Made by a program: the position numbers and the translations under genes. This document shows, piece after piece, positions 28,240 through 37,814 of a stretch of 64,000 nucleotides of DNA. The notes beneath the pieces were generated by a model. That model was not told where the DNA came from, did not search any database, and saw only the letters and a list, made by a program, of their open reading frames with translations. The stretch covers positions 1,566 to 65,565 of the forward strand of contig CABRFA010000005.1 in NCBI GenBank assembly GCA_902470065.1. Direction: 5' to 3'. Origin of the DNA: an uncultured Collinsella sp. Lineage in GTDB: Bacteria; Actinomycetota; Coriobacteriia; Coriobacteriales; Coriobacteriaceae. Position 1 is the stretch's first letter. Every line of letters begins with the position of its first letter.

Positions 28240-30462
28240 ATGGAGAAGCATAAAGTGATCTGCCCGTATTGCGGCGCCGGTTGCCAGTTTAACCTCTTGG
28301 TCCAAAACGGCCAGGTCGTGGGTACCGAACCGCTCAACGGCATCACCAATCAGGGCGAGCTGTGCCTTAAGGGCATGAGCGGCTACGACTTCATCAACGA
28401 CACCAAGATCTTGACTCCTCGCGTACTGCACCCGATGATCCGCCGCACTAAGGGCGCGGATCTTGAGCGCGTAAGCTGGGACGAGGCACTGGATTTCACC
28501 GCATCTAAGATGCAGGCCATAATTGACGAATATGGTCCTAACGCTGTCATGACCACCGGCTCTTCGCGAGGCGGCGGCAATGAGGCGAACTACGTCATGC
28601 AGAAGTTTACGCGTGCGTGCATCGGCACCCACAGCGTGGACAACTGCGCCCGTACTTGACACGGCCCTACTGTCCTCGGTCTGATGGACACGGTTGGTTC
28701 AGGTTGCATGTCATGCTCCATCCCCGGTATGGAGGATGCGGGCTGCATTTTCCTCTTCGGCTATAACCCTGCCGATTCGCACCCCATCGTCGCAAGGCGT
28801 ATCGTGCGAGCCAAAGAAAAGGGTTGCAAGATCATCGTCGCCGACCCGCGCCATATCGAAACCGCGCGTATCGCCGATCTCTACCTTCCGATCAAGAACG
28901 GTTGCAACGTTGCGTTCCTCAACGCCTTTGCCAACTGCTTGGTCAACGATGGCCTCTACGACAAGGAATTCGTCGCCGAGCATACGAACGGCTTTGACGA
29001 GTGGTGGGAGACCATCAAGAACTACACTCCCGAATCCGTACAGGACATCACGGGTGTCGAGCCCGCGTTGATCCACCAAGCTGCCGAGATGTACGCCACG
29101 GCGAAGCCCTCTGCCATCATTGGCTGGGGCATGGGCGTATGCCAGCAGAAGCAGAACCTGAAGACGGTGCACACCATCGCCTCCATCGCCTGCGTTGCCG
29201 GCCAGATCGGCAAACCCAACTCCGGCCTCGCGCCCGTGCGCGGTCAGAACAACGTCCAGGGCTCCTGCGATATGGGCATGCTGCCCAACCTGTATCCTGG
29301 CTACCAGAAGGTCACCGACCCGGCAGTGCGTGCCAAGTTTGCCAAGGCTTGGGGCGTGCCCGAGGAAAAGCTCCCGCTCGAGGAGGGCTACAAGCTCACC
29401 GACCTGGGTCACCTGGTCGACGAGGGCAAGGTGCACTGCTTCTACAACTACGGCGAGGACCCGGTGCAGACCGAGCCCGATTCGGCCGGTATGCGCAAGA
29501 CGCTCTCCGAGCTGGATCTGTTCATTTGCCAGGACATCTTTATGACGCAGACGACCATGCTCGCCGACGTCATCCTGCCCGCTACCTCTTGGGGCGAGCA
29601 CGAGGGTGTCTTTACCGCATCCGACCGTAGCTTCCAGCACTTTGACGCGGCCGTTCCGCCCAAGGGCGAGTGCCGTCACGACTGGGAGATCTTCGCGGAC
29701 CTGTCTACGCGTATGGGTTACCCCATGCACTACGACAACACCGAGCAGATCTGGAACGAGTGCATTAGCCTGTGCCCCAACTTTGTGGGCGCGACCTACG
29801 AGAAGATGGCTCCCGAGGGCGGCTACGCCCAGTGGCCCGTCAAGAGCACCGATGTGAACGACCACGGTACGCCCGACATGTTCGCTGGTGGCAAGTTCAC
29901 CACCAAGGACGGCCGCGCCAACCTGATGGCGCACGACTGGGAGGCACCCTCCGAGCTTCCCGACGATGAGTACCCGCTCATCCTGTGCACCGTCCGCGAG
30001 GTCGGCCACTACAGCTGCCGCTCGATGACCGGCAACTGCAAGACGCTGGCGCTGCTTGCCGACGAGCCCGGCTTTGTCCGCATGAATCCCGCGGACGCCC
30101 AGGCGCGCGGCATCAAGAATGGCGACATCGTCTCGATTCACAGCCGCCGCGGCCAGGTATACAGCCGCGCCGATGTGAGCGACCGCATCAATAAGGGCAC
30201 GGTCTATATGACCTACCAGTGGTGGATCGGCAAGTGCAACGAGCTGACCATTCACAAGGTCGACCCGGTCTCGCATACGCCCGAGGACAAGTTCTCCGCC
30301 TGCCAGGTCGACGCTATCGCCGACCAGGTCTGGGCCGAGGGCGAGGTCGAGCGTCAGTACACCGAGCTCAAGCAGGCTCTGGTGGACGCCGCCGCTCCCC
30401 AGGACGTTGAGCCTGGCGCCGCCAAGTTCGACGACGAGACGCACGTGAACCAAATCGTGTAG
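28240..30462 (+). CDS. fdhF: Formate dehydrogenase H alpha subunit, selenoprotein (Sec140)
   Basis: CPYCGAGC..LCLKG; DNCART-TGA(28657-28659)-HGPTV continues in frame to RGQNNVQG, QDIFMT and the C-terminal MopB domain. Confidence 0.95.
28671..28690 (+). promoter_or_regulatory. SECIS element of fdhF
   Basis: The hairpin tgtcc-tc-ggtct-ga-t-ggaca starts 11 nt after the UGA, with a GGTCT apex as in the E. coli fdhF SECIS. Confidence 0.75.
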
Positions 30463-30484
30463 TCCCGTTCTCGTTGGCTTTTTG

Positions 30485-30526
30485 GGCCGGGCGTCCCGTA
30501 CGTTCGGGAGCCCGGCCCGTTATTTT
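30485..30526 (+). terminator. Internal hairpin/terminator after fdhF
   Basis: gggccgggc.tcccg-tacgtt-cggga-gcccggccc followed by gttatttt. Confidence 0.6.
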
Positions 30527-30540
30527 GAAAGGAAGTGGGG

Positions 30541-31158
30541 ATGAACCGCTTCATCGACATCAACCCGGAGAGGTGCATCGGCTGCGGAACATGCCAGTCC
30601 GCCTGTGCCGACGCCCACCGGATGCAGGGTCTTCAGGATACGCCGCGCCTGGCGCTCGTGAAGACCGGCGGTATTTCGGCCGCCCTTGCCTGCCACCATT
30701 GCGAGGGTGCCCCCTGCGCCGAGGTTTGCCCGGTGAATGCCATCGAGCACGATGGCGACCGCATCCACGTCAAGGAGCAGGAGTGCATCGGGTGCAGGCT
30801 GTGCGCCATCGCGTGCCCCTTCGGAGCCATCCATCCCGATGGCACGTCTATCGCCGGTGTCGCAGGCATGTGCGACCCGACGCCTTCGTATCCTAAGTCC
30901 CTGAGCAGCCTGCTTACGTGGGCTCCCGGCCAGTACACCTGCGCTGTCAAGTGCGACCTGTGCGCCTTCGATCCGGACGGCCCACATTGTGTGGCGGCGT
31001 GCCCCACCAAGGCGCTGACCGTCATGGGCGGCGCGGCCGATCGCGAGCTCGACGAGGCCAAGCGCCTGCGCTCGATCGAAAACGGTCCGGTTGTCGACGT
31101 TACCGCTGTGGCCCAGGGTCTGTCCGAGAAAGCAGAAGGGAGCGTAAACAATGGATAG
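30541..31158 (+). CDS. hyfA: FHL ferredoxin-like subunit HyfA/HycB
   Basis: Four Cys clusters (CIGCGTCQSAC, CHHCEGAPCAEVCP, CIGCRLCAIACP, KCDLC). Confidence 0.85.
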   Translation: MNRFIDINPERCIGCGTCQSACADAHRMQGLQDTPRLALVKTGGISAALACHHCEGAPCAEVCPVNAIEHDGDRIHVKEQECIGCRLCAIACPFGAIHPDGTSIAGVAGMCDPTPSYPKSLSSLLTWAPGQYTCAVKCDLCAFDPDGPHCVAACPTKALTVMGGAADRELDEAKRLRSIENGPVVDVTAVAQGLSEKAEGSVNNG

Positions 31159-33169
31159 CATGACGCTGTTTATCGCATCGCTTGCCGTCTCGTGCATCGG
31201 TGCGCTCGCCTCGGTTCTGCTGATCAAGGCCGATAACGCCGCCAAGACCGCCGGCTGCCTTATCGGCGCCGTCGCCGCGGTGCTTTCGTTTGTGGCCGGT
31301 ATCCAGGCCGTGCTGGGCAATGTCACGTCGGTCGACACCATCGTGTTCTTCCCGTTTGCCCATTTCCAGCTGCTGCTCAATCAGCTGTCCGGCCTGTTCG
31401 TGGCGCTCATCTCGGTGCTCGCGTTTGCCGGTTCAATCTACGGTCTCAACTACTTTGATGAGTACCCGGGCAAAAAGGGCCGCGCCGGCTTCTTCTTTAA
31501 CACCTTCGTGGCGTCCATGATGCTCGTCATCACCGCCGACAACGTGTTTTGGTTCCTGGTCGCCTTTGAGCTCATGTCGCTGACCTCGTACTTCCTGGTC
31601 GTGATCGAGGAGAACGAGAACTCCATCCATGGCGGTTGGCTCTACTTTGTGATCGCGCACGTGGGCTTTGTGCTCATCATGGCGAGCTTCCTCACCATGA
31701 CCAACTTCGCCGGTGGCTCGTTTGCCTTTGCGGATTTCCGCGCCACGCAGTTTAGCCCTGCGGTCGCATCCGTGTGCTTCGTGCTCGCCTTCTTTGGCTT
31801 TGGCGCCAAGGCCGGTATCATCCCGCTGCACGGCTGGCTGCCCAAGGCACATCCCGAGGCGCCGTCCAACGTGTCGGCCCTCATGTCCGGTGGCATGATC
31901 AAGATCGGTATCTTCGGCATCCTCAAGGTTGGTCTCGACCTGCTCTCCGCCTCGGGCGTTCAGGTTTGGTGGGGCCTTATGGTCATGGTCTTCGGTGCGA
32001 TCTCGTCGGTTCTCGGCGTGGCCTTCGCCCTGCAGGAGCATGACATCAAGCGCCTGCTGGCCTATCACTCCGTCGAGAACATCGGCATCATTCTGCTCGG
32101 CGTCGGTGCCTCCATGGCCGCCATGGCGCTCAACTCGGTCGGTATCGCCGTCCTGGCTCTGATGGCCGCCCTCTACCACACGTTTAACCACGCGATGTTT
32201 AAGGGCGAGCTGTTCTTGGGCGCCGGTGCGCTGCTGTACTCCACGGGTACGCGCAATATGGAGAAGATGGGCGGCCTGTTCCGTCGTATGCCGGCAACGG
32301 CCATCTGCTTCCTCGTTGGCGCGCTTGCCATCTCGGCCATCCCGCCCTTTAACGGCTTTGTTTCCGAGTGGTTTACCTACCAGTCGCTGTTTAATGCCGC
32401 CATGCAGGGCGACAAGGCCGTCATGATCGTGGCCGTGTTCGCTGCCGTCGCGCTTGCCATTACCGGCGCGCTGGCTGTCACGTGCTTCGTCAAGGCCTAT
32501 GGCGTCTCCTTTGCCTCCGCGCCCCGTTCCGAGGCTGCGGCCAATGCCAAGGAGGTTCCTGCCCCCATGGTGTTCGCGCAGGGCCTGCTCGCGGCCATCT
32601 GCGTCGTGCTGGGCATTGGCGCTCCCGTGATCGCGCCCGTGCTGGTCGATGTCGCCGCGTCCGTGCTGCATCCGTACGGCGGCGTGTTTGCCGCCGAGGG
32701 CATGGAGCTCATGAACCAGTACTCCGGCGCTGCCACCTCCACGCCCGCGATCGCTATTGCGCTCGTGGTGCTCGTCGGTCTTGCCTGCGGTTATCGCAAG
32801 CTCAAGACCGTCGGCAAGGTGCAGAAGTCCCAGCCGTGGGCATGCGGCTATGCTCCCAACGAGCATATGCCCGTCGTGGCCACGACCTTTGCCTCCGAGG
32901 TGTCCTGGTTTATGCAGCCACTCTACACGCTGCGCGACCGCTGCACGGCCGTCTGCTGGTCCATCGCGCACTTCTTCCAGAAGCTCACCGGTGTGGCCGA
33001 GGCTGTGGAGCCCGTACCCGACAAGGTTCTCGTCGATGCCCCGCATAAGGGTGTCGAGAAGCTCGCCGACCTCGCGACTAAGCTCGAGGGTGGCAACTAC
33101 AGCATCTATATCTGCTACATCGTCGCGGCACTCGTGGTGTTCCTCGTGCTCGCCGTGCAAATGGGTTAA
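31151..33169 (+). CDS. hyfB: Hydrogenase-4 subunit B (antiporter-like membrane subunit)
   Basis: FELMSL, KAGIIPLHGWLPKAHPEAPS, KRLLAYHSVENIG, NHAMFK, PPFNGFVSEW, WACGY. Confidence 0.88.
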   Translation: MDSMTLFIASLAVSCIGALASVLLIKADNAAKTAGCLIGAVAAVLSFVAGIQAVLGNVTSVDTIVFFPFAHFQLLLNQLSGLFVALISVLAFAGSIYGLNYFDEYPGKKGRAGFFFNTFVASMMLVITADNVFWFLVAFELMSLTSYFLVVIEENENSIHGGWLYFVIAHVGFVLIMASFLTMTNFAGGSFAFADFRATQFSPAVASVCFVLAFFGFGAKAGIIPLHGWLPKAHPEAPSNVSALMSGGMIKIGIFGILKVGLDLLSASGVQVWWGLMVMVFGAISSVLGVAFALQEHDIKRLLAYHSVENIGIILLGVGASMAAMALNSVGIAVLALMAALYHTFNHAMFKGELFLGAGALLYSTGTRNMEKMGGLFRRMPATAICFLVGALAISAIPPFNGFVSEWFTYQSLFNAAMQGDKAVMIVAVFAAVALAITGALAVTCFVKAYGVSFASAPRSEAAANAKEVPAPMVFAQGLLAAICVVLGIGAPVIAPVLVDVAASVLHPYGGVFAAEGMELMNQYSGAATSTPAIAIALVVLVGLACGYRKLKTVGKVQKSQPWACGYAPNEHMPVVATTFASEVSWFMQPLYTLRDRCTAVCWSIAHFFQKLTGVAEAVEPVPDKVLVDAPHKGVEKLADLATKLEGGNYSIYICYIVAALVVFLVLAVQMG

Positions 33170-33181
33170 GGAGGGGAGAGC

Positions 33182-34108
33182 ATGAACAACATCGTACTTG
33201 CCGTTCTGCAGGGCGTGGTCGTCATGGCCGTCGCGCCGTTCTTCTCCGGTCTCGGCCGCGTGATCCGCGCCAAGATGCACAATCGTCGCGGCCCCAGCAT
33301 CATGCAGGACTATCGCGACCTGGCCAAGCTCTTTGCGCGCCCCGAGTCCCAGAGCGAGGACGCGAGCTTTGCGCTGCGCATTATGCCGCCGCTGTTCTTC
33401 GCCGTCGCCTTTATGCTCGCGATGGGCCTGCCGCTCTTTACGGCGCAAAGCCCCATCCCGGTCTTTGGTGACGCCATCACCATCATGTACAGCCTGGCGC
33501 TCGCCCGCTTCTTCTTCGCCCTCTGCGGCGTGGATTCGTCCAACGCCTACGCCGGTATCGGCGGCGTCCGCGAGCTGCTCATGAGCGTGCTCATCGAGCC
33601 GTCCATGCTGCTGGCGCTGTTTGCCGCCGCCCTGGTGTGCGGCTCCACCGACATCGCCACTATGGGTCAGCACATCATGACGGGCGCCATCGACGCGCCG
33701 GTCGCCGTGATCCTCGCCGGCATCGCCTTTGCGATTGCCTGCTACATGGAACTCGGCAAGCTGCCCTTTGATCAGGCCGAGGCCGAGCAGGAGCTTCAGG
33801 AGGGCCCGCTCGCCGAGCTTTCCGGCCCGTCGCTTGCGATGGCCAAGCTCGCCATGTCCATGAAGCAGGTCCTGGTCGTCGCCTGGTTCTGCGCGATCTT
33901 CGTCCCCTGGGGCGAGCCCGCGACCGTGGGCGCCGCCGCTGTTCTGGGTGCAGTCATCTTCTTGGTGAAGTGCCTGATCGATTTTGTCGTATGCGGCGTG
34001 ATCGAGAACTCCTGCTCGCGCTCGCGTTTTAAGGTGCTTGGCAATCAGACCTGGGCCGTCGTGGGCATCGCCGTTCTGGCGTTTGTCTTCGTGGTCGTCG
34101 GCGTGTAG
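33182..34108 (+). CDS. hyfC: Hydrogenase-4 subunit C (NuoH-like)
   Basis: RRGPSIMQDYRDLAKL, KLPFDQAEAEQELQEG. Confidence 0.88.
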   Translation: MNNIVLAVLQGVVVMAVAPFFSGLGRVIRAKMHNRRGPSIMQDYRDLAKLFARPESQSEDASFALRIMPPLFFAVAFMLAMGLPLFTAQSPIPVFGDAITIMYSLALARFFFALCGVDSSNAYAGIGGVRELLMSVLIEPSMLLALFAAALVCGSTDIATMGQHIMTGAIDAPVAVILAGIAFAIACYMELGKLPFDQAEAEQELQEGPLAELSGPSLAMAKLAMSMKQVLVVAWFCAIFVPWGEPATVGAAAVLGAVIFLVKCLIDFVVCGVIENSCSRSRFKVLGNQTWAVVGIAVLAFVFVVVGV

Positions 34109-34123
34109 GAGAAGGGAGAAACA

Positions 34124-35581
34124 ATGTCATTTGCAGTCAGTCTGTCCCTTCTCGGCTTGGTCGCTATCGCGGCCCCGATGGTGGCCTCGGTGCTCGTCGC
34201 CCTGTTCCCCCGTCCGTACGCCAAGTGGTTCAGCGTTTTGGGTGCCGCCGTCTCGACGGTCTGCACCATCGCCCTCGCCGCGAATTTCGCTGGCGCCGGC
34301 ATGCCCGACACGCAGGTCCCCCTGATCTCGTTTGGGCAGACCCTCGTCATGGGATTCACCTTCGATCGCATGAGCACGCTGCTCGCGCCCGCCTTTGTGG
34401 GTATCGGCCTGCTTGTCGTGATCTATTCGATTCCCTATATGAGCGAGAATAACCGTGAGCATCCCGACGCACCGCGTCGTCGCTTCTACGCGTACCTCGC
34501 GACCTTCATCGGCGCCATGGCCGGTCTCGTGTACAGCTCGACCCTTTTGGGCCAGCTCGTGTTCTTTGAGATCACGGGTGCGTGCTCTTGGGGCCTCATT
34601 AGCTACTACATGACGCCTACGGCCAAGAAGGCCGGCATGAAGGCTCTGATCATTACGCATATCGGTGCGCTCGGCCTGTATCTGGGCGCCGCCATCGTGT
34701 TTGCCCATACCGGTACCTTCGCCATTACCGCGATTGCCGGCCTCGACGCCAAGCTCAAAGCTATCGTCCTTTTGCTCGTGCTGTTTGCGGCCTGGGCCAA
34801 GTCCGCACAGGTTCCCATGTACATGTGGCTGCCTTCGGCCATGGAGGCGCCGACGCCTGTTTCGGCCTACCTGCATGGCGCCTCGATGGTTAAGGTCGGC
34901 GTGTGCGTGTTCGCGCGTGCACTCGTCTCTGCCGGCGAGATCCCCGAGATCGTGGGTTGGGTCGCCATTATCGACGCCATGGTCACCATGCTCTTTGGCT
35001 TCCTTATGTACCTGCCGCAAAAGGACATGAAGCGTCTGCTGGCCTTCTCCACGATCGCCCAGCTCTCCTATGTGTTCTTTGGTCTGGGCCTTTCGGTCTT
35101 TGGCAGCCAGCTGGCCTTCGATGGCGCCGTCTGCCACATCTTTAACCACGCTTTCGCCAAGACGCTGTTCTTCCTGATCGCCGGTTCGTTCTCCTTTACG
35201 CTCGGCACGCGTATGCTGCCCAAGCTTCGCGGCATCGTAAAGAAGTACCCGATCTCGGGCGTGGGCTTCGGTGTCGCGGCACTCGCTATTGCCGGCGTGC
35301 CGCCCATGAACACGTTCTTCTCGAAGTTCCAGATCATCGCCGGCGGCTTTTCTGTAGGTGCCGGCAACGTCGCGATCCTGGTGCTCGTGTGCATCATGGT
35401 CGCCGAGACCGTCGCCACCTTCGCCTGGTTCCTCAAGTGGATGGGCTATTGCCTGCCCGGCGAGCCGAGCGAAGAGGTCGCTGCGGGAGCCCCGCTTCCC
35501 CGTGCGATGGCGTTCGTGTTCATCGTGCTCATCATCATGGTCATCGTCAGCGGCCCGCTTTCGGCCAGCTGGATCGGTTAG
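34124..35581 (+). CDS. hyfD: Hydrogenase-4 subunit D
   Basis: FFEITG, KSAQVP..WLPSAMEAPTPVSAYLH, DMKRLLAFSTIAQL, NHAFAK. Confidence 0.88.
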   Translation: MSFAVSLSLLGLVAIAAPMVASVLVALFPRPYAKWFSVLGAAVSTVCTIALAANFAGAGMPDTQVPLISFGQTLVMGFTFDRMSTLLAPAFVGIGLLVVIYSIPYMSENNREHPDAPRRRFYAYLATFIGAMAGLVYSSTLLGQLVFFEITGACSWGLISYYMTPTAKKAGMKALIITHIGALGLYLGAAIVFAHTGTFAITAIAGLDAKLKAIVLLLVLFAAWAKSAQVPMYMWLPSAMEAPTPVSAYLHGASMVKVGVCVFARALVSAGEIPEIVGWVAIIDAMVTMLFGFLMYLPQKDMKRLLAFSTIAQLSYVFFGLGLSVFGSQLAFDGAVCHIFNHAFAKTLFFLIAGSFSFTLGTRMLPKLRGIVKKYPISGVGFGVAALAIAGVPPMNTFFSKFQIIAGGFSVGAGNVAILVLVCIMVAETVATFAWFLKWMGYCLPGEPSEEVAAGAPLPRAMAFVFIVLIIMVIVSGPLSASWIG

Positions 35582-35594
35582 GAGGTAGAACGAC

Positions 35595-36248
35595 ATGGGT
35601 TATTCGATCGTCAACATCCTTGGCGGCCTTCTGATCGTCACGTCCACCATGGTGGTCGTCTCCAAGAACATCAAACATGCCATCAACTGGTATGCGGTGC
35701 AGTCGCTGGTGCTCGTGGGGCTGCTCGCTACGCTCGGTGCCACCACCGGTGCGCAGGAGCTGCTTATGTGGGCCGGATCTGCCTTTATCACCAAGGTCGT
35801 CCTGGTCCCTTATATCCTCAACCGCGCATACAAGAAGATGGGCGAGCCGAGCGACGCATCACTCAAGGCCGGCCTTAAGCCCGCGTGGGCCATCTGCATC
35901 ATCGCCGTGGAGGTCGCGATTTGCTTTGCCGTCGTGACGCAGATCAGCCTTCCCACGGCCGAGGTCGCAACGCCTGCGCTCGCTATTAGCTTCGCTCACT
36001 TCTTTGTGGGCCTCACCTGCATCATCTCGCAGCGCAACATCATGAAGCAGATCTTTGGTTACTGCCTTATGGAAAACGGCAGCCACGTGACGCTCGCGCT
36101 TTTGGCCCCCACCGCTCCCGAGATCATCGAGATCGGTATCGCCACCGACGCCATCTTTGCCGTCATCATCATGTCCATCGTCGTGCGTCGCATTTGGGAC
36201 GACTCCCACTCGCTCGATGCGCGCGACCTGTCCGAGCTGAGGGGGTAG
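35595..36248 (+). CDS. hyfE: Hydrogenase-4 subunit E
   Basis: YAVQS, TKVVLVP, QIFGYCLMENG, EIGIATD. Confidence 0.85.
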   Translation: MGYSIVNILGGLLIVTSTMVVVSKNIKHAINWYAVQSLVLVGLLATLGATTGAQELLMWAGSAFITKVVLVPYILNRAYKKMGEPSDASLKAGLKPAWAICIIAVEVAICFAVVTQISLPTAEVATPALAISFAHFFVGLTCIISQRNIMKQIFGYCLMENGSHVTLALLAPTAPEIIEIGIATDAIFAVIIMSIVVRRIWDDSHSLDARDLSELRG

Positions 36249-36251
36249 TCC

Positions 36252-37811
36252 ATGGAAACGTTGATTCTCGCCCTGCTCGCGACTCCTTTGGTGTTCTCGC
36301 TGGTTATGGCGTTTTTGCCCAAGAACACGTCCTATAACGTGTTTGCCGGTCTCAACCTGGTCTCCGTCGCAGCCGTCCTGGTGCTGTCGATTGTGACGGC
36401 CGGTGACGTCCTTATGAGCGGCGAAACCGCGAGCGCTCTTGGCCTGTGGTTCCACCTCGATTCGCTGGGCGCCATCTTTGTGCTGCTCATCGGCTTTATC
36501 GGTTTTCTTACGGGGCTGTTCTCGCTGCCCTATGTAAAGGCCGATATCGATGAGGGCTCCATGCCCGCCGAGCGCGCCAAGCAGTATTTTGCACTGTTTA
36601 GTCTGTTCGTGTTTACCATGCTGCTCGCGTGCCTGTCCAACAACATGATCCTCACGTGGGCCGCCGTGGAGGCAACCACGCTTTCCACCGTGTTCCTGGT
36701 GGGTATCTACAAGAACAAGACGGCTCTCGAGGCTTCTTGGAAGTATGCGATGGTCTGCACCGCCGGCGTGGCCTTCGGCCTGTTCGGTACGCTGCTGATC
36801 TACGCCAACGCCGCCGACGTGATTCCCAACGCCCACGAGGCCGCATTCCTGTCGTGCGTGCTGCCGTATGCCGACCAGTTCGACCCGACGCTCATGCGCC
36901 TCGCCTTTGCGTTTATCGTGATCGGCTTTGGCACCAAGGCCGGCCTGTTCCCCATGCACACTTGGCTGCCCGATGCCCACTCCCAGGCCCCGAGCCCTGT
37001 CTCGGCCCTGCTCTCGGGCGTGCTGCTTAAGTGCGCCATGCTTGTGATCATGCGCTTCTACGGATTTACTATCCAGGCCGTGGGCGCCGAGTATCCGCAG
37101 CTTTTGCTGTTGATCGTCGGCACGCTGTCCATTTTGGTGGCGGCACTTTCTATGTTCCGCCAGGACGACCTCAAGCGCCGCTTTGCGTACTCGTCTGTGG
37201 AGAACGTGGGCGTTATCGCCCTGTGCCTGGGTATCGGTGGCCCGCTGGGTATCGCCGCGGCCCTGCTGCACTGCGTGTTCCACGGCTTTACCAAGACGCT
37301 TGCCTTCTGCGTGTCCGGCAACATCCAGCACGCCTTTGGCACGCGTAGCCTGGCCAAGATCCAGGGCGTCGTCGAGGTTGCCCCCGCAACCGCCGCGCTC
37401 GCCATCCTGGCGCTGCTCGGTCTTGCCGCCTTCCCGCCCTTTGGCATGTTTATCTCTGAGTTCCTGACTTTTGTCGCCGGCGTTACCGCCGGTCCCATGT
37501 GGCTGGTCGTCGTGGTCGCCCTCGGTCTTACCGTGGCCATCTCCGCGCTCACCCGCATCGCACTCAAGTCGGTATTCGGCCATGCGCCCCAGGGCATGGG
37601 CAAGCATGAGGCCCCGGCGCTCATGCTTATCCCCGAAATCATCCTGGCTGTCATGATCTTGTGGTTTGGCATCGCCACCCCGCTGCCTCTCGTGCACGGT
37701 GTGGAGACCGCGACTGGCATCGTGCTCGAGCAGAGCACCGAGGAACTTCACGCGACGCCGATGTACCGCGCTGTGTTCGGTACCGAGACCGCTCAGAGCG
37801 AGGTGGAGTAA
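36252..37811 (+). CDS. hyfF: Hydrogenase-4 subunit F
   Basis: EATTLST, LEASWKY, GTKAGLFPMHTWLPDAHSQAP, KRRFAYSSVEN. Confidence 0.88.
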   Translation: METLILALLATPLVFSLVMAFLPKNTSYNVFAGLNLVSVAAVLVLSIVTAGDVLMSGETASALGLWFHLDSLGAIFVLLIGFIGFLTGLFSLPYVKADIDEGSMPAERAKQYFALFSLFVFTMLLACLSNNMILTWAAVEATTLSTVFLVGIYKNKTALEASWKYAMVCTAGVAFGLFGTLLIYANAADVIPNAHEAAFLSCVLPYADQFDPTLMRLAFAFIVIGFGTKAGLFPMHTWLPDAHSQAPSPVSALLSGVLLKCAMLVIMRFYGFTIQAVGAEYPQLLLLIVGTLSILVAALSMFRQDDLKRRFAYSSVENVGVIALCLGIGGPLGIAAALLHCVFHGFTKTLAFCVSGNIQHAFGTRSLAKIQGVVEVAPATAALAILALLGLAAFPPFGMFISEFLTFVAGVTAGPMWLVVVVALGLTVAISALTRIALKSVFGHAPQGMGKHEAPALMLIPEIILAVMILWFGIATPLPLVHGVETATGIVLEQSTEELHATPMYRAVFGTETAQSEVE

Positions 37812-37814
37812 CGA

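Noticed and set aside
20196..28659. selD and fdhF as nonsense-disrupted pseudogenes
   Set aside because: Both TGAs fall at known Sec/Cys catalytic positions, have downstream hairpins, and selABC is present.
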